Position numbers and translations under genes: made by a program
From: Hyphomicrobiales bacterium
GTDB taxonomy: Bacteria; Pseudomonadota; Alphaproteobacteria; Rhizobiales; JACESI01
DNA length: 64,000 bases
Assembly (NCBI GenBank): GCA_039973685.1
Contig: JBDWKL010000037.1
Coordinates: forward strand, 11,942 to 75,941
Reading direction: 5' to 3'
The notes under the pieces: model-generated
The model's input: the letters and a program-made list of their open reading frames with translations, nothing else
Told to the model about the DNA's origin: nothing
Databases searched by the model: none
Shown: piece after piece, positions 51,313 through 61,896 of the stretch
Layout of the letters: each line of letters starts with the position of its first letter
Numbering within the stretch: position 1 is the stretch's first letter

Positions 51313-52761
51313 ATGACCGGACTGGATGAAGACGACGCATTCCACGAAGAATGCGGGGTATTTGGTATTTTTGGTCACGATGATGCCGCAGCGCTCACCG
51401 TACTTGGCCTTCATGCCCTTCAACATCGTGGACAAGAAGCATCAGGTATCGTGTCCTTTGATGGCAAGCAGTTTTCATCAGAGCGCCATGTTGGCCTCGT
51501 TGGTGATCGCTTCTCCAAGAAATCTGTGATTGATCGCCTACCCGGCAACCGCGCAATTGGCCACAATCGCTATGCAACAACAGGCGGCGCTGGTGTTCGA
51601 AACATTCAGCCTCTATTTGCCGAATTTGCAGGCGGCGGGTTCGCCATCGCGCACAATGGTAATTTGACCAATGCCCTCACCTTGCAAAAACAATTGCAAA
51701 TGCGCGGCGCTATTTTCCAGTCGACATCTGATACAGAGACAATTCTCCACTTGATCGCGACCTCCCAAAAGGGACCGTTGGTCGATCGGATCGTTGATGG
51801 CCTTCGCCAACTAGAAGGGGCTTATTCCCTTGTTGGCATGAGTGAGAACAAACTTATTGGTTGCCGTGACCCTCTCGGCATTCGCCCGTTGGTGCTTGGT
51901 GACTTAGATGGCGCTTATATCCTTGCGTCAGAAACCTGTGCTCTTGATATCATCGGCGCGCAACTGATCCGCGAAATTGAACCGGGTGAAATGGTGGTTA
52001 TCACCGATAGTGGCCTTGAAAGCTTTCACCCTTTTCAAAATACCGGTAGCCGTTTTTGCATCTTTGAATATGTCTATTTCGCCCGCCCTGATTCAGTCTT
52101 CTCAGATCATGCCGTCTATGATGTGCGTAAAAAGATCGGTGCCGAATTAGCGCTAGAAAGCCCAATTGAGGCCGACGTTGTTGTGCCTGTACCAGATTCA
52201 GGAACACCAGCCGCGATTGGATTTGCCCAAGAAGCGGGTATTCCGTTTGATCTTGGCATCATTCGAAATCACTATGTTGGCCGAACCTTTATTGAGCCAA
52301 GCGATTCCGTGCGCCACATGGGTGTACGGCTTAAGCACAACGGCAACAAGCAGGTCTTGAAGGGCAAGCGCGTTGTCTTGGTGGATGATTCCATTGTGCG
52401 CGGCACAACCTCCGTCAAAATCGTGCAAATGGTGCGTGAAGCTGGTGCTGCCGAAGTTCATATGCGCATTGCTAGCCCGCCAACACTTTCTTCTTGTTAC
52501 TACGGTGTTGATACGCCGGAGAAAGGCAAACTGCTTGCCTCTCGCATGTCGATTGAAGAAATGAACACCTATATCAATACGGACAGTTTGGCCTTTTTAT
52601 CAATTGATGGCCTTTACCGCGCCGTGGGTGAAGCCAATCGCAACAGCGACACACCACAATATTGCGATGCATGTTTCACGAATGAATATCCAACAGTGCT
52701 GACCGACCGCGAAGGTGGTGGCAATGTGAGACAATTATCGTTGCTCTCTGAGGTTAGCTAA
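51313..52761 (+). CDS. purF: Amidophosphoribosyltransferase
   Basis: Short propeptide then ECGVFG, LQHRGQE, HNGN, PDSG and VDDSIVRGTT; real start at 51313. Confidence 0.98.
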   Translation: MTGLDEDDAFHEECGVFGIFGHDDAAALTVLGLHALQHRGQEASGIVSFDGKQFSSERHVGLVGDRFSKKSVIDRLPGNRAIGHNRYATTGGAGVRNIQPLFAEFAGGGFAIAHNGNLTNALTLQKQLQMRGAIFQSTSDTETILHLIATSQKGPLVDRIVDGLRQLEGAYSLVGMSENKLIGCRDPLGIRPLVLGDLDGAYILASETCALDIIGAQLIREIEPGEMVVITDSGLESFHPFQNTGSRFCIFEYVYFARPDSVFSDHAVYDVRKKIGAELALESPIEADVVVPVPDSGTPAAIGFAQEAGIPFDLGIIRNHYVGRTFIEPSDSVRHMGVRLKHNGNKQVLKGKRVVLVDDSIVRGTTSVKIVQMVREAGAAEVHMRIASPPTLSSCYYGVDTPEKGKLLASRMSIEEMNTYINTDSLAFLSIDGLYRAVGEANRNSDTPQYCDACFTNEYPTVLTDREGGGNVRQLSLLSEVS

Positions 52762-53490
52762 ATGTTAAAATCACTTGAAGGCAAGATTGCGCTTGTTACA
52801 GGCGCATCGCGCGGCATTGGCTATGCGACAGCGAAAGCATTTGCAGCAGAAGGCGCTCATGTGATCGCGGTTGCCCGTACCGTTGGCGGCCTTGAAGAAT
52901 TGGATGACGATATCCAAAAAGCAGGCGGCAGCGCCACACTTGTTCCTCTCGACCTTAAAGACGGTGACGGCATCGACCGCATGGGCAAGTCAATCTATGA
53001 CCGTTGGGGCAAGCTTGATATTCTGCTTGGTAATGCTGGCGTATTGGGTGGGATTACTCCCCTTGGCCATATCTCACCAAAAGAATTTGATGAGGTGATG
53101 ACTGTCAACGTGACAGCAAATTGGCGCTTACTGCGTTCAATGGACCCGTTGCTTAACAAATCAACGGCTGGCCGTGTCTTAATGGTATCCTCAGGAGCTG
53201 CCCGCTCACGGCGTCCGTTTTGGGGGGCTTACTCCATCTCCAAGGCAGCGCTTGAGACGATGGCCATTACCTATGCAGCTGAGATGGCGCATACCAAGAT
53301 TAAAACACTGATCATCAACCCCGGCCCCCTTCGCACCGCCATGCGCGCAAAGGCTATACCGGGTGAAGATCCTGCAACTTTGAAAACACCCTACGACCTA
53401 GCACCCGACCTTGTTCGGCTTGCAGGCGATGACACGACCGAAAACGGTGTTATGTGGGATTTCCCAAGCCAACAATTTATTGAAGTTTAG
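52762..53490 (+). CDS. SDR family oxidoreductase (YciK-like)
   Basis: TGASRGIG, GNAG, YSISK and RTAMRA..PGED motifs; common neighbour downstream of purF. Confidence 0.9.
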   Translation: MLKSLEGKIALVTGASRGIGYATAKAFAAEGAHVIAVARTVGGLEELDDDIQKAGGSATLVPLDLKDGDGIDRMGKSIYDRWGKLDILLGNAGVLGGITPLGHISPKEFDEVMTVNVTANWRLLRSMDPLLNKSTAGRVLMVSSGAARSRRPFWGAYSISKAALETMAITYAAEMAHTKIKTLIINPGPLRTAMRAKAIPGEDPATLKTPYDLAPDLVRLAGDDTTENGVMWDFPSQQFIEV

Positions 53491-53508
53491 GCGGTAAACG
53501 CCGTCATC

Positions 53509-53556
53509 AAAGCCATCACAACGCGTTACAAAACACGCGTTATGTGATGGCTTTTT
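53509..53556 (+). terminator. Intrinsic terminator after purF-SDR
   Basis: AAAGCCATCACA-ACGCGT..ACGCGT-TA-TGTGATGGCTTT-TT, a long stem. Confidence 0.8.
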
Positions 53557-53786
53557 GCGTGCCAATAAATGCTTTTCATTTCATCGCGGATAATATCCCT
53601 ATTCTAAGCAAACTATGCGCAACAAAACGCCGTATTTTCTGGGTCAATATGGTCAAATTAGAAACGCAAACGATAAGACCCCCAAACTCACTCACCGCAA
53701 AACAATTCAGTTAACTAACCGATAGCAAACGTGCATTTTCATTGTTGCAGAATTCTCAACAATGCCTCCAACCACGGAGGTAAGAA

Positions 53787-54398
53787 ATGGAATACATAAC
53801 GTTTTTAAAAATAGCGCATCTAATCGGTCTAACGGCAGGACTTGGTGGTGCGCTTTACAGTGACTTTCTAATGGTCACCAATGGTGTGTTAAGGCGGCTT
53901 AACAAGCGAACACTGACAGAGGTAAAGCGACTTTCGAAATTCGTCACTTATGGGTTGCTCTTACTATGGGTCTCAGGCGCTGCCCTCGCCTATGAGATTT
54001 CCCTCACAAAACCTGAATTCCTCACCAATGAAAAGTTCTGGGCGAAAATGGTCATCGTTGTCGTTCTAACGCTGAATGGGTTCTTCGTTCACCACGTGGT
54101 GCTGAATGAAGCCAAACGGTCGATTGGCAAACGGTTGTTGATTGATTCGAGCATACCAATGCTTGTGGTTTTAGCCGTGAGCGGTTCGATCTCATTCGTC
54201 TCGTGGATGATCCCCTTCGTCTTAGGCAAAGCACCAGAGTTCAGTTATGTGATCCCAATTGAGAACATACTCACCATTTGGGTGGTTGCGATTGTTTCGT
54301 CTTTCGCTGGCGTCTTGATATTGGTCGCCATTCAAGACTTGTGGTCGCGGCGCATTCTGCCTTCGACTTCAGCACAAAGTTTCAAAGCGTCAGTTTAA
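53787..54398 (+). CDS. Hypothetical polytopic membrane protein
   Basis: Strong GGAGG RBS; about five hydrophobic segments; His in TM1 (IAHLIG) and NG..VHH after TM3. Confidence 0.8.
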   Translation: MEYITFLKIAHLIGLTAGLGGALYSDFLMVTNGVLRRLNKRTLTEVKRLSKFVTYGLLLLWVSGAALAYEISLTKPEFLTNEKFWAKMVIVVVLTLNGFFVHHVVLNEAKRSIGKRLLIDSSIPMLVVLAVSGSISFVSWMIPFVLGKAPEFSYVIPIENILTIWVVAIVSSFAGVLILVAIQDLWSRRILPSTSAQSFKASV

Positions 54399-54426
54399 TC
54401 AGTGGATGGGTTAAAAACGCAAAAAC

Positions 54427-55215
54427 CTAGGTCGCAGTCAACACAATGGCTGCGGCCTTCATTTCTTCAAGGCGGTAAGCACGGCGGGCAATTGCGTCCT
54501 CGTCGGTTCCCCAAAGTTCAATGTTCCAATCTTCATCAAGATGCGCTGCATCCCATGCTTCTTGCATGGTGTGATACCCAGCGCTAACTGCGAGCGCGAG
54601 CAGCGTTGATCCTAGCAAGGTGGTCATTGAATGAAGGGCTGCGAGCGTCACTGGGTCTTTATAGTCGTTGATGGCGCGTTCCATCGCCTGTTTTGTCTCT
54701 TCAGGCTGTTCAACATGCATGACACCGCCAGCAAGCAAGAAGCGGCAGGAGTAAGTCTCTTGTGCCCAGTTGATCACGGGATTCCATAGTTCATTTTGGC
54801 GGGCAACCAACCGCTCAGGCTCATCAGCGCGGTAACAAACCAAATCTGTACCAGAAAACCGAACGATCTCATCACGCACGAGTTCTTCTGTTGTTGAAAC
54901 ACCGTCAATGGCGGAATTTAAAAGACGTGTGAGCGGCATTTTCTTCGGGTCGATTACCTTTTCTTGCACGCGCCATTCTTCAGCCAGCACATCGGCAATC
55001 ACCCGTTTGCCAACCTTGACGATAGCACGAGCCGGTGTGCGCACAGGGCGTCCATCAAGATGCAGCACGAAACCATCATCTTCCGCGATTTCAACATTTT
55101 CATAAAAGCGTTTTGGCAAAGGACGCGATGAGGCAAGCTGTGCTTTGCGTGCTGGGCTTTCATCTGGCTTATCAGGATCGGCACCAAGACCAAAAATATC
55201 AAACGGACTGCTCAT
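54427..55215 (-). CDS. ATP12-family F1-ATPase assembly chaperone
   Basis: PKRFY, LDGRPVRTP, MPLTRL.N.AID, DLVCYRA and AAHLDEDW...WG motifs. Confidence 0.92.
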   Translation of the reverse strand: MSSPFDIFGLGADPDKPDESPARKAQLASSRPLPKRFYENVEIAEDDGFVLHLDGRPVRTPARAIVKVGKRVIADVLAEEWRVQEKVIDPKKMPLTRLLNSAIDGVSTTEELVRDEIVRFSGTDLVCYRADEPERLVARQNELWNPVINWAQETYSCRFLLAGGVMHVEQPEETKQAMERAINDYKDPVTLAALHSMTTLLGSTLLALAVSAGYHTMQEAWDAAHLDEDWNIELWGTDEDAIARRAYRLEEMKAAAIVLTAT

Positions 55216-55904
55216 TAGGCTCCCAATACTTCACCAGTGAAACGACTATTTAGTGCAGTCTCAAGCGCTGCATAATCATCCAAAATCATATGTGCTCCAG
55301 ATTGAGCGAGTAAATCGACATCGTGATAACCCCATGCCACGCCAAACGCCTGTGTGTTAGCTGCACGGGCCATTTCCATGTCAAAGGTGGTGTCACCCAC
55401 CATCACCGTATTCTCAGGCGCGATGCCACTGTCAGACATCGCATTCAAGATCATGCCCGGATTTGGTTTAGAGGGCGCGCTATCTGCGGTTTGTAGCGAT
55501 ACGAAGGTATTCTCCCATCCCTCACGTTCCAGCATAATATCGACACCCTTGAGGCTTTTGCCTGTGGCAATCGCGAGCAGCACATCATCACGCTTTGATA
55601 GTTTTTCAACCAACTCGCGTGCGCCCTCATAGAAAGGTTCGCCGATTGAGTTTGAAAGCCTGAATTCATGAAAGGCAACTTTGAAAGTTTCCGTCACTTC
55701 ATCCGCCAAGTGTTCTTGCTCAGGTCCAAGCACAATGGAGACGGCGATTTTTAACGACAGGCCAATAACCCGACGTGTTGCACGATCATCTGGCGCCTCT
55801 AAGCCGTGGCGCAGAAATGCTTCCTTCATGGAAGCAATAACCAGATGCTGCCCATCCACAAGCGTTCCATCACAGTCAAAGATGACGAGATGCAAGTCAG
55901 ACAT
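55215..55904 (-). CDS. HAD-IA family hydrolase (phosphoglycolate phosphatase-like)
   Basis: FDCDGTLVD, ATGK, SKPNP and MVGDT motifs. Confidence 0.92.
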   Translation of the reverse strand: MSDLHLVIFDCDGTLVDGQHLVIASMKEAFLRHGLEAPDDRATRRVIGLSLKIAVSIVLGPEQEHLADEVTETFKVAFHEFRLSNSIGEPFYEGARELVEKLSKRDDVLLAIATGKSLKGVDIMLEREGWENTFVSLQTADSAPSKPNPGMILNAMSDSGIAPENTVMVGDTTFDMEMARAANTQAFGVAWGYHDVDLLAQSGAHMILDDYAALETALNSRFTGEVLGA

Positions 55905-56920
55905 TACTCAATGTCCTCACCACTATCGACAGTTTCTGCCTGAATGGCATCATAGGTGGATGTATCGAAACCGAACAAGTTCCAGCTTTGCACCATATGC
56001 GGCGGCAAAGGCGCTGAGACGTCAATCTCTCCACCATCTGGATGCGGGATAATAATACGGCGGGCGTGCAGGTGCAGCTTGTTTTGAATACCGCCTGGCA
56101 ATTCCCAGTTATCAACTGAGAAATATTTCTTGTCGCCAATGATCGGGTGACCAAGGTGATCCATATGAACGCGCAATTGGTGCATACGGCCTGTAACGGG
56201 GCGAAGGCTTACCCATGCCACTTTCTGGCCCACCCATTCAATAGTGGAATAAAGCGTAACGGCGTGGTCTGCCCCTTTGGCTTTGTCGCGCAACACTTCC
56301 ATCTTCTGGTCGCCATGCTCGTCTTCGCCCTTCATGAGCCAAGTGGCAAGACGACCTTGTGGCGGACGTGGCACACCGCGCACCATAGCCCAATAGACTT
56401 TCTTGGTGGTGCGGTCTCTGAATGCTTTTGTTAGGAAGCTTGCGGCAAGTCTTGTTTTAGCAATAACCAGAACGCCAGATGTGTCACGGTCCAAGCGGTG
56501 CACAAGACGTGGCTTTTGGCCTTTGCGGTCACGATACGATTCCAACATACCGTCCACATGGCGATTAAGCCCTGAACCACCTTGCACAGCGAGACCAGCT
56601 GGTTTGTTGATCACCAACACTTTCTCATCCTCAAAAAGCGTATTTTCCGCAATCACATCGGCATCATGGCGATCGCGCATGGTGTTCGGTGTTACGGGCT
56701 TGGCGGATGCTTCATCATTCACGGGCGGGATGCGCACCGTTTGCCCAGCAGCAAGCCGCGTTGAGGATTTCACGCGCGCGCCATCAACACGAACCTGCCC
56801 CGAACGCATCAGCTTTTGCAGTTGTCCGAAAGCGATCCCTGGATAGTGAGTCTTGAACCAGCGATCAAGGCGCATACCTGCTTCATCAGCAATGACAGTT
56901 TTTTGGGCGACAGCGGCCAT
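55904..56920 (-). CDS. rluC: RluA-family pseudouridine synthase (RluC-like, with S4 domain)
   Basis: MRLDRW S4 domain, NKPAGL, VHRLDRDTSG, TGRMHQLRVH and LHLHA motifs; real start at 56920. Confidence 0.88.
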   Translation of the reverse strand: MAAVAQKTVIADEAGMRLDRWFKTHYPGIAFGQLQKLMRSGQVRVDGARVKSSTRLAAGQTVRIPPVNDEASAKPVTPNTMRDRHDADVIAENTLFEDEKVLVINKPAGLAVQGGSGLNRHVDGMLESYRDRKGQKPRLVHRLDRDTSGVLVIAKTRLAASFLTKAFRDRTTKKVYWAMVRGVPRPPQGRLATWLMKGEDEHGDQKMEVLRDKAKGADHAVTLYSTIEWVGQKVAWVSLRPVTGRMHQLRVHMDHLGHPIIGDKKYFSVDNWELPGGIQNKLHLHARRIIIPHPDGGEIDVSAPLPPHMVQSWNLFGFDTSTYDAIQAETVDSGEDIE

Positions 56921-56940
56921 GTTGTTTTTTGCCTGTGATT

Positions 56941-57321
56941 TTAACTTGAGGCCCTTACAAGCATGAGACCAGCCATTAGTGCAAGTAGAGAAAGCGCTAC
57001 AGAGCCGATAACATAGCCAATTGCGGCCCCACTTTCCCCTCGTTCCCATAAAAGCACGGCATCGAGCGAAAAAGCGGAGAATGTGGTGAACCCGCCTAAA
57101 ACGCCCGTTGCAAGCAAAAGACGCCATTCAGGACCAACATTTGCCCCCTTACGAGTAAGCCAAGCAATCAAGACGCCCATAAGAAACGAGCCGACCACAT
57201 TGACGAAAAACGTGCCATAGGGAAAACCAGAACCCAACAGGCGCAAAGCTGCCAAACCTGAAAGGTGTCGAAGGCTCGCGCCAATCGCGCCACCTAATGC
57301 CACATAAAGCAAATGCGCCAT
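56941..57321 (-). CDS. crcB: Fluoride efflux channel Fluc
   Basis: GGAIGA.LR, FPYGTF.VN and G.LGGFTTFSAF motifs. Confidence 0.96.
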   Translation of the reverse strand: MAHLLYVALGGAIGASLRHLSGLAALRLLGSGFPYGTFFVNVVGSFLMGVLIAWLTRKGANVGPEWRLLLATGVLGGFTTFSAFSLDAVLLWERGESGAAIGYVIGSVALSLLALMAGLMLVRASS

Positions 57322-57323
57322 GA

Positions 57324-58634
57324 TTAGCTCTCCCCTCGCTCAGCCCGCAAACCGTTCCAATAGTCTATCCGCTTTTTGATGTCTCGCTCAAAGCCACGTT
57401 CGACAGGCTCATAATAAGTTTCGCGGCCCATCTTCTCAGGGAAATAGTTCTGGCCTGAAAAAGCCTGTGGCGCGTTATGATCATAATGATAGTTCGAGCC
57501 GTAGCCTTCTTCTTTCATCAGCTTTGTCGGCGCGTTCAAAATGTGTTTTGGCGGAAGCAATGAGCCATTTTCTTTGGCCGACCGCATCGCCGCTTTGTAA
57601 GCCACATAAACGGCGTTCGATTTTGGTGCCGTCGCGAGATAGACGCAGGCTTCAGCCAAAGCCAATTCGCCCTCTGGTGAACCGAGATAATCGTAGGCGT
57701 CTTTTGCTGCATTAGCGATAACAAGCGCCTGTGGATCAGCAAGGCCAATATCCTCACTCGCCATGCGCACCAAACGTCGCCCTAAAAACAGCGGGTCTTC
57801 ACCCGCCACAAACATGCGGGCCAAATAATAAAGTGCAGCATCAGGGTCAGAGCCCCGCACCGCCTTATGAAGCGCTGAGATAAGGTTGTAGTGACCGTCT
57901 TGGCCCTTGTCATAAACAGGGGCACGGCGCTGGAGGAGGTTTTGCAGGCTGTCTGCATCAAGCACCTCATCTTCACCCACTGCCCGCCAAACTTCTTCAG
58001 CCAACATCAGCGAGGCGCGACCATCCCCGTCAGCCATACGCACAAGGGAAGCGCGGGCTGAGGCATCCAATGGCAGTTTTTTGTCTTCAAGCGCCTCAGC
58101 GCGCTCTAAAAGCCCGCTAATTGCCTCTTCATCCAGTGATTTGAAGGTCAAAACCTGCGCACGAGACAAAAGCGCCGCATTAAGCTCAAACGATGGGTTC
58201 TCTGTTGTGGCACCAACCAGCACCACGGTGCCGTCTTCCATAACGGGCAAGAAGCTATCTTGCTGAGCGCGGTTGAAACGGTGGATCTCGTCCACAAACA
58301 ACAAAGTGCCCTTCCCGCTCATGCGGCGAGCGCGAGCAACCTCGAACATTTTCTTGAGATCAGCCACACCAGAAAAGATTGCTGAGATTTGTTCAAAAGC
58401 AAGATCAGTCTCATTGGCAAGCAATCTGGCTGTCGTTGTCTTGCCCGTTCCAGGTGGTCCCCAAAAGATGAGCGAACCGAGCGAGCGGGTGCGCAGCATT
58501 CTGGAAAGGACACCGCCCTCTCCCACCAAATGATCTTGGCCGATCACCTCATTGAGCAATTGCGGACGCAAACGGTCTGCTAAAGGCCGAGGCGCGTCTT
58601 TCGCTAGGTCACTGGAGGCGAACAGGTCAGCCAT
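57324..58634 (-). CDS. rarA: Replication-associated recombination protein A
   Basis: PLADRLRP, WGPPGTGKTT, DEIHRFN, ATTENPSF and SEDIGLAD motifs. Confidence 0.97.
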   Translation of the reverse strand: MADLFASSDLAKDAPRPLADRLRPQLLNEVIGQDHLVGEGGVLSRMLRTRSLGSLIFWGPPGTGKTTTARLLANETDLAFEQISAIFSGVADLKKMFEVARARRMSGKGTLLFVDEIHRFNRAQQDSFLPVMEDGTVVLVGATTENPSFELNAALLSRAQVLTFKSLDEEAISGLLERAEALEDKKLPLDASARASLVRMADGDGRASLMLAEEVWRAVGEDEVLDADSLQNLLQRRAPVYDKGQDGHYNLISALHKAVRGSDPDAALYYLARMFVAGEDPLFLGRRLVRMASEDIGLADPQALVIANAAKDAYDYLGSPEGELALAEACVYLATAPKSNAVYVAYKAAMRSAKENGSLLPPKHILNAPTKLMKEEGYGSNYHYDHNAPQAFSGQNYFPEKMGRETYYEPVERGFERDIKKRIDYWNGLRAERGES

Positions 58635-58635
58635 C

Positions 58636-60090
58636 TCACCCAGGAATATCGTTTGTTTCTAGCAATTGTCCCTTACGGCTTACAGCAAACCGCCATGTGG
58701 CGCGACGCCCCTGCACTAACTCTTCCAATTGCTGCGTGGAGGTTACGTCTTCTCCATTCAACCGCACAATGATGTCGCCTGTGCGCAATCCATACCGACG
58801 AGCGATAGAGCGCCGTGGCGCATTGATAACAATGACGCCTTTTTCTGCACCTTTAAACCGCAGCTCAGCAGCAAGCGCTGGAGAGAGGTTTGCAACAATC
58901 GCTCCGGCCAAAGGATTGCGGCCTTCCAAAGTTCGATCATCGCGTTCAATGGTTTCAGGTGGCGCAATGACTTCCAATCCCAATTCGTCGGAAGTACCGT
59001 TCCGCAAAATTGTAATATCCACCTGCTTGCCAACACCTTGGGTCGCCAAATGGTAATTGAAGGCATTTATGTCTCGGAATGGCTCGCCGTTTACCTCAAC
59101 AATCAAATCTCCAATTTCCAGACCAGCTTCATCCGCTGGGCCATTTTCAAAAATACCCGTAACAAGCACACCCGATGGTCGTTTCAGCTCAAGGGTAGCG
59201 GCTAACTCTGAATCAACATTTTGGAACCGAGCACCGACCCAAGGGCGTTCAACTTTTGCGCTGCCTTGAAGAGCTGAATTCACCACGGTTCTCACCATGT
59301 CTGAGGGAATAGCAAAACCAATGCCGATAGATCCGCCAGAGCGGGAGTAAATAGCCGTGTTGATACCAACGATATCGCCATTCACATCAACCAACGCACC
59401 ACCAGAATTTCCTGGATTAATGGAAGCATCTGTTTGGATGAAAAAGTTTGAATTGGAAATTGAACCATTTTGCTGCGAACGAGCGAGTGCGGACACGATG
59501 CCTTGTGTCACGGTTTGACCAACGCCGAACGGGTTGCCAATCGCAAGCACAAGGTCGCCGACTTCTACGCTCGATTGCGGTGCAAAGTTTAGGGCCGGAA
59601 ATGCTTCTCCGTCACTTTGCAATTTCAAAACAGCGAGGTCGGTTTCTTGATCTTTCAAAATCACCTCAGCCACAAATTCACGACCATCTGACAGCGCAAC
59701 TTTTACGTCGACTGCATTACGAATGACGTGGAAGTTTGTCACAACGATACCCGCTGGATCGACCATCACACCAGAGCCAAGATCGTTCTTCACCCGTGGT
59801 TGCGTCCGACCAAACCCCTTCTTACCGAAAAAGCGATCAAAAAAGGGATCATTGGCAAAGGGGCTTTGGCGTTGTTGAACCATGCGACTTGCGTAGACAT
59901 TCACAACAGCTGGAGCCGTTCTCTTTACAACGGGTGCAAAAGTTAGGCGCACCTCACCGCTTGAGGATGGCACAGATTTCAAACCGCCCCGAAGGTTATC
60001 AACAAACCCTTCTTCAGCAACTGAAGGCGTTGCCGTTGCAAGGGGTGCGGAAACAAACAAGACAAACAACAATGAGCTGAGATACTTCAT
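58636..60090 (-). CDS. Do/DegQ family periplasmic serine endoprotease (two PDZ domains)
   Basis: Signal peptide; catalytic triad motifs TNFHVI, DLAVLK and INPGNSGG. Confidence 0.94.
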   Translation of the reverse strand: MKYLSSLLFVLFVSAPLATATPSVAEEGFVDNLRGGLKSVPSSSGEVRLTFAPVVKRTAPAVVNVYASRMVQQRQSPFANDPFFDRFFGKKGFGRTQPRVKNDLGSGVMVDPAGIVVTNFHVIRNAVDVKVALSDGREFVAEVILKDQETDLAVLKLQSDGEAFPALNFAPQSSVEVGDLVLAIGNPFGVGQTVTQGIVSALARSQQNGSISNSNFFIQTDASINPGNSGGALVDVNGDIVGINTAIYSRSGGSIGIGFAIPSDMVRTVVNSALQGSAKVERPWVGARFQNVDSELAATLELKRPSGVLVTGIFENGPADEAGLEIGDLIVEVNGEPFRDINAFNYHLATQGVGKQVDITILRNGTSDELGLEVIAPPETIERDDRTLEGRNPLAGAIVANLSPALAAELRFKGAEKGVIVINAPRRSIARRYGLRTGDIIVRLNGEDVTSTQQLEELVQGRRATWRFAVSRKGQLLETNDIPG

Positions 60091-60219
60091 TCAATCAAAA
60101 CCTTGATAAACTTTGAATTAGAAAAGGCCCCATATGGGGATGGTTCTCATCATATAGGTGCACACCATCGTTTAGCAAAGCCGCAACCTATGTCATTTGG
60201 AAAATGTCCAGATATAAAC

Positions 60220-60250
60220 AAAAAACCGTGGTTGAGACCAACCACGGTTT
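60220..60250 (-). terminator. Intrinsic terminator after rplQ
   Basis: AAACCGTGGTTG-AGAC-CAACCACGGTTT, with the T run on the minus strand. Confidence 0.85.
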
Positions 60251-60280
60251 AAATTTGTTCAGCAATGAAAGGCAGATTGC

Positions 60281-60706
60281 TTACGCAGCTGCTTCTTCTG
60301 ATGCTTCTACGTCAGCTGTTGGTCCTGAATCTTGACCCTTCGCATCCACATCGCGGTCAACAAGTTCGATGACTGCCATTGGTGCATTGTCGCCATAACG
60401 GAAACCAGCTTTTAGCACACGGGTGTATCCACCATTGCGCTCTGTGTAGCGTGGACCCAAAATGTCGAATAGTTTTTTGACCATGTCGACATCACGGATT
60501 TTGCTGATGGCTTGACGACGAGCATGAAGATCGCCGCGTTTGCCAAGTGTGATGAGTTTATCAGCCACGGAACGCAACTCTTTTGCTTTTGGCAAAGTTG
60601 TTACAATCTGCTCGTGCTTGATAAGAGCTGCCGCCATGTTGGCAAACATTGCTTTACGGTGACTAGAAGTCCGATTCAGCTTACGGCCTGCTTTGCGGTG
60701 ACGCAT
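60281..60706 (-). CDS. rplQ: 50S ribosomal protein L17
   Basis: [12 protein letters not shown] and GGYTR..K.GFR.GD motifs. Confidence 0.99.
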   Translation of the reverse strand: MRHRKAGRKLNRTSSHRKAMFANMAAALIKHEQIVTTLPKAKELRSVADKLITLGKRGDLHARRQAISKIRDVDMVKKLFDILGPRYTERNGGYTRVLKAGFRYGDNAPMAVIELVDRDVDAKGQDSGPTADVEASEEAAA

Positions 60707-60757
60707 ATTACTTCTCCTAAGGACGTATTCGCTTAGTGTGCGAATGGTCTCCCTTGA

Positions 60758-61774
60758 TTAAAAATGATCTTCGAAACGCTTAGCAAGCTCTTCGATGTTC
60801 TCTGGCGGCCAGTTTGCCACTTCCATACCGAGGTGAAGACCCATTTGAGCGAGTACTTCTTTAATCTCGTTAAGTGACTTACGACCGAAGTTCGGTGTGC
60901 GAAGCATTTCTGCTTCTGTCTTCTGAATCAAATCGCCGATGTAAACGATGTTGTCGTTTTTCAGGCAGTTTGCAGAACGCACAGAAAGCTCCAACTCGTC
61001 TACTTTCTTGAGAAGTGCTGGGTTGAACGCGAGTTCTGGCACCTGCTCTTGAACCACTTCTTTTTCTGGCTCTTCGAAGTTGACGAAGATTGAAAGCTGA
61101 TCCTGAAGAATGCGAGCTGAGTAAGCAAGCGCGTCTTCTGGTGTCAACGAACCATCTGTTTCAATTGTGAGGGTCAACTTGTCATAATCAAGTACTTGAC
61201 CTTCACGGGTGTTTTCAACCTTGTAAGACACTTTCTTTACTGGTGAGTAAAGGCTGTCTACAGGGATCAAACCAATTGGCGCATCTTCTGGGCGGTTGCG
61301 ATCTGCGGCAACATAACCTTTGCCGATGTTCACAGTGAATTCCATACGGATTTCAGCGCCCTCATCCAGTGTGCAAAGCACGAGGTCTGGATTGAGAATT
61401 TCGATATCACCAACAACGTTGATGTCACCAGCCGTAACAACACCTGGGCCTTCCTTGCGGATAACCATGCGTTGTGGGCCTTCGCTCTCCATGCGGATAG
61501 CGACTTCTTTAATGTTCAATACGATGTCTGTTACATCTTCGCGCACACCGGCGATTGAAGAAAACTCGTGCAACACACCATCGATTTGTACAGCCGTTAC
61601 AGCAGCACCTTGCAATGAAGACAGCAAAACACGACGTAGAGCGTTTCCAAGCGTGAGGCCGAAGCCGCGCTCAAGAGGCTCTGCAACAACAGTTGCAATG
61701 CGGTTTTGATCTTTCCCTGCAGTGATGTTCAGTTTGGTTGGCTTAATTAGCTCTTGCCAGTTTTTTGAAATCAC
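60758..61774 (-). CDS. rpoA: RNA polymerase subunit alpha
   Basis: [28 protein letters not shown] and NFGRKSL motifs; GTG start at 61774 after AAGGA. Confidence 0.98.
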   Translation of the reverse strand: MISKNWQELIKPTKLNITAGKDQNRIATVVAEPLERGFGLTLGNALRRVLLSSLQGAAVTAVQIDGVLHEFSSIAGVREDVTDIVLNIKEVAIRMESEGPQRMVIRKEGPGVVTAGDINVVGDIEILNPDLVLCTLDEGAEIRMEFTVNIGKGYVAADRNRPEDAPIGLIPVDSLYSPVKKVSYKVENTREGQVLDYDKLTLTIETDGSLTPEDALAYSARILQDQLSIFVNFEEPEKEVVQEQVPELAFNPALLKKVDELELSVRSANCLKNDNIVYIGDLIQKTEAEMLRTPNFGRKSLNEIKEVLAQMGLHLGMEVANWPPENIEELAKRFEDHF

Positions 61775-61896
61775 GTTTTTTATCCTTAGTCTCGAGTGCC
61801 ACGGTGGCCTTGCGTGGCTTTGAGAGGAGATTGCTAGCGCTCCCACCCCCCGGCTCGTAAACCACGCAGGTCACAATGCGTGGCTGTTTGGATGCG

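Noticed and set aside
57318..57330. Fluoride riboswitch upstream of crcB
   Set aside because: crcB starts 2 nt after the rarA stop, leaving no leader.
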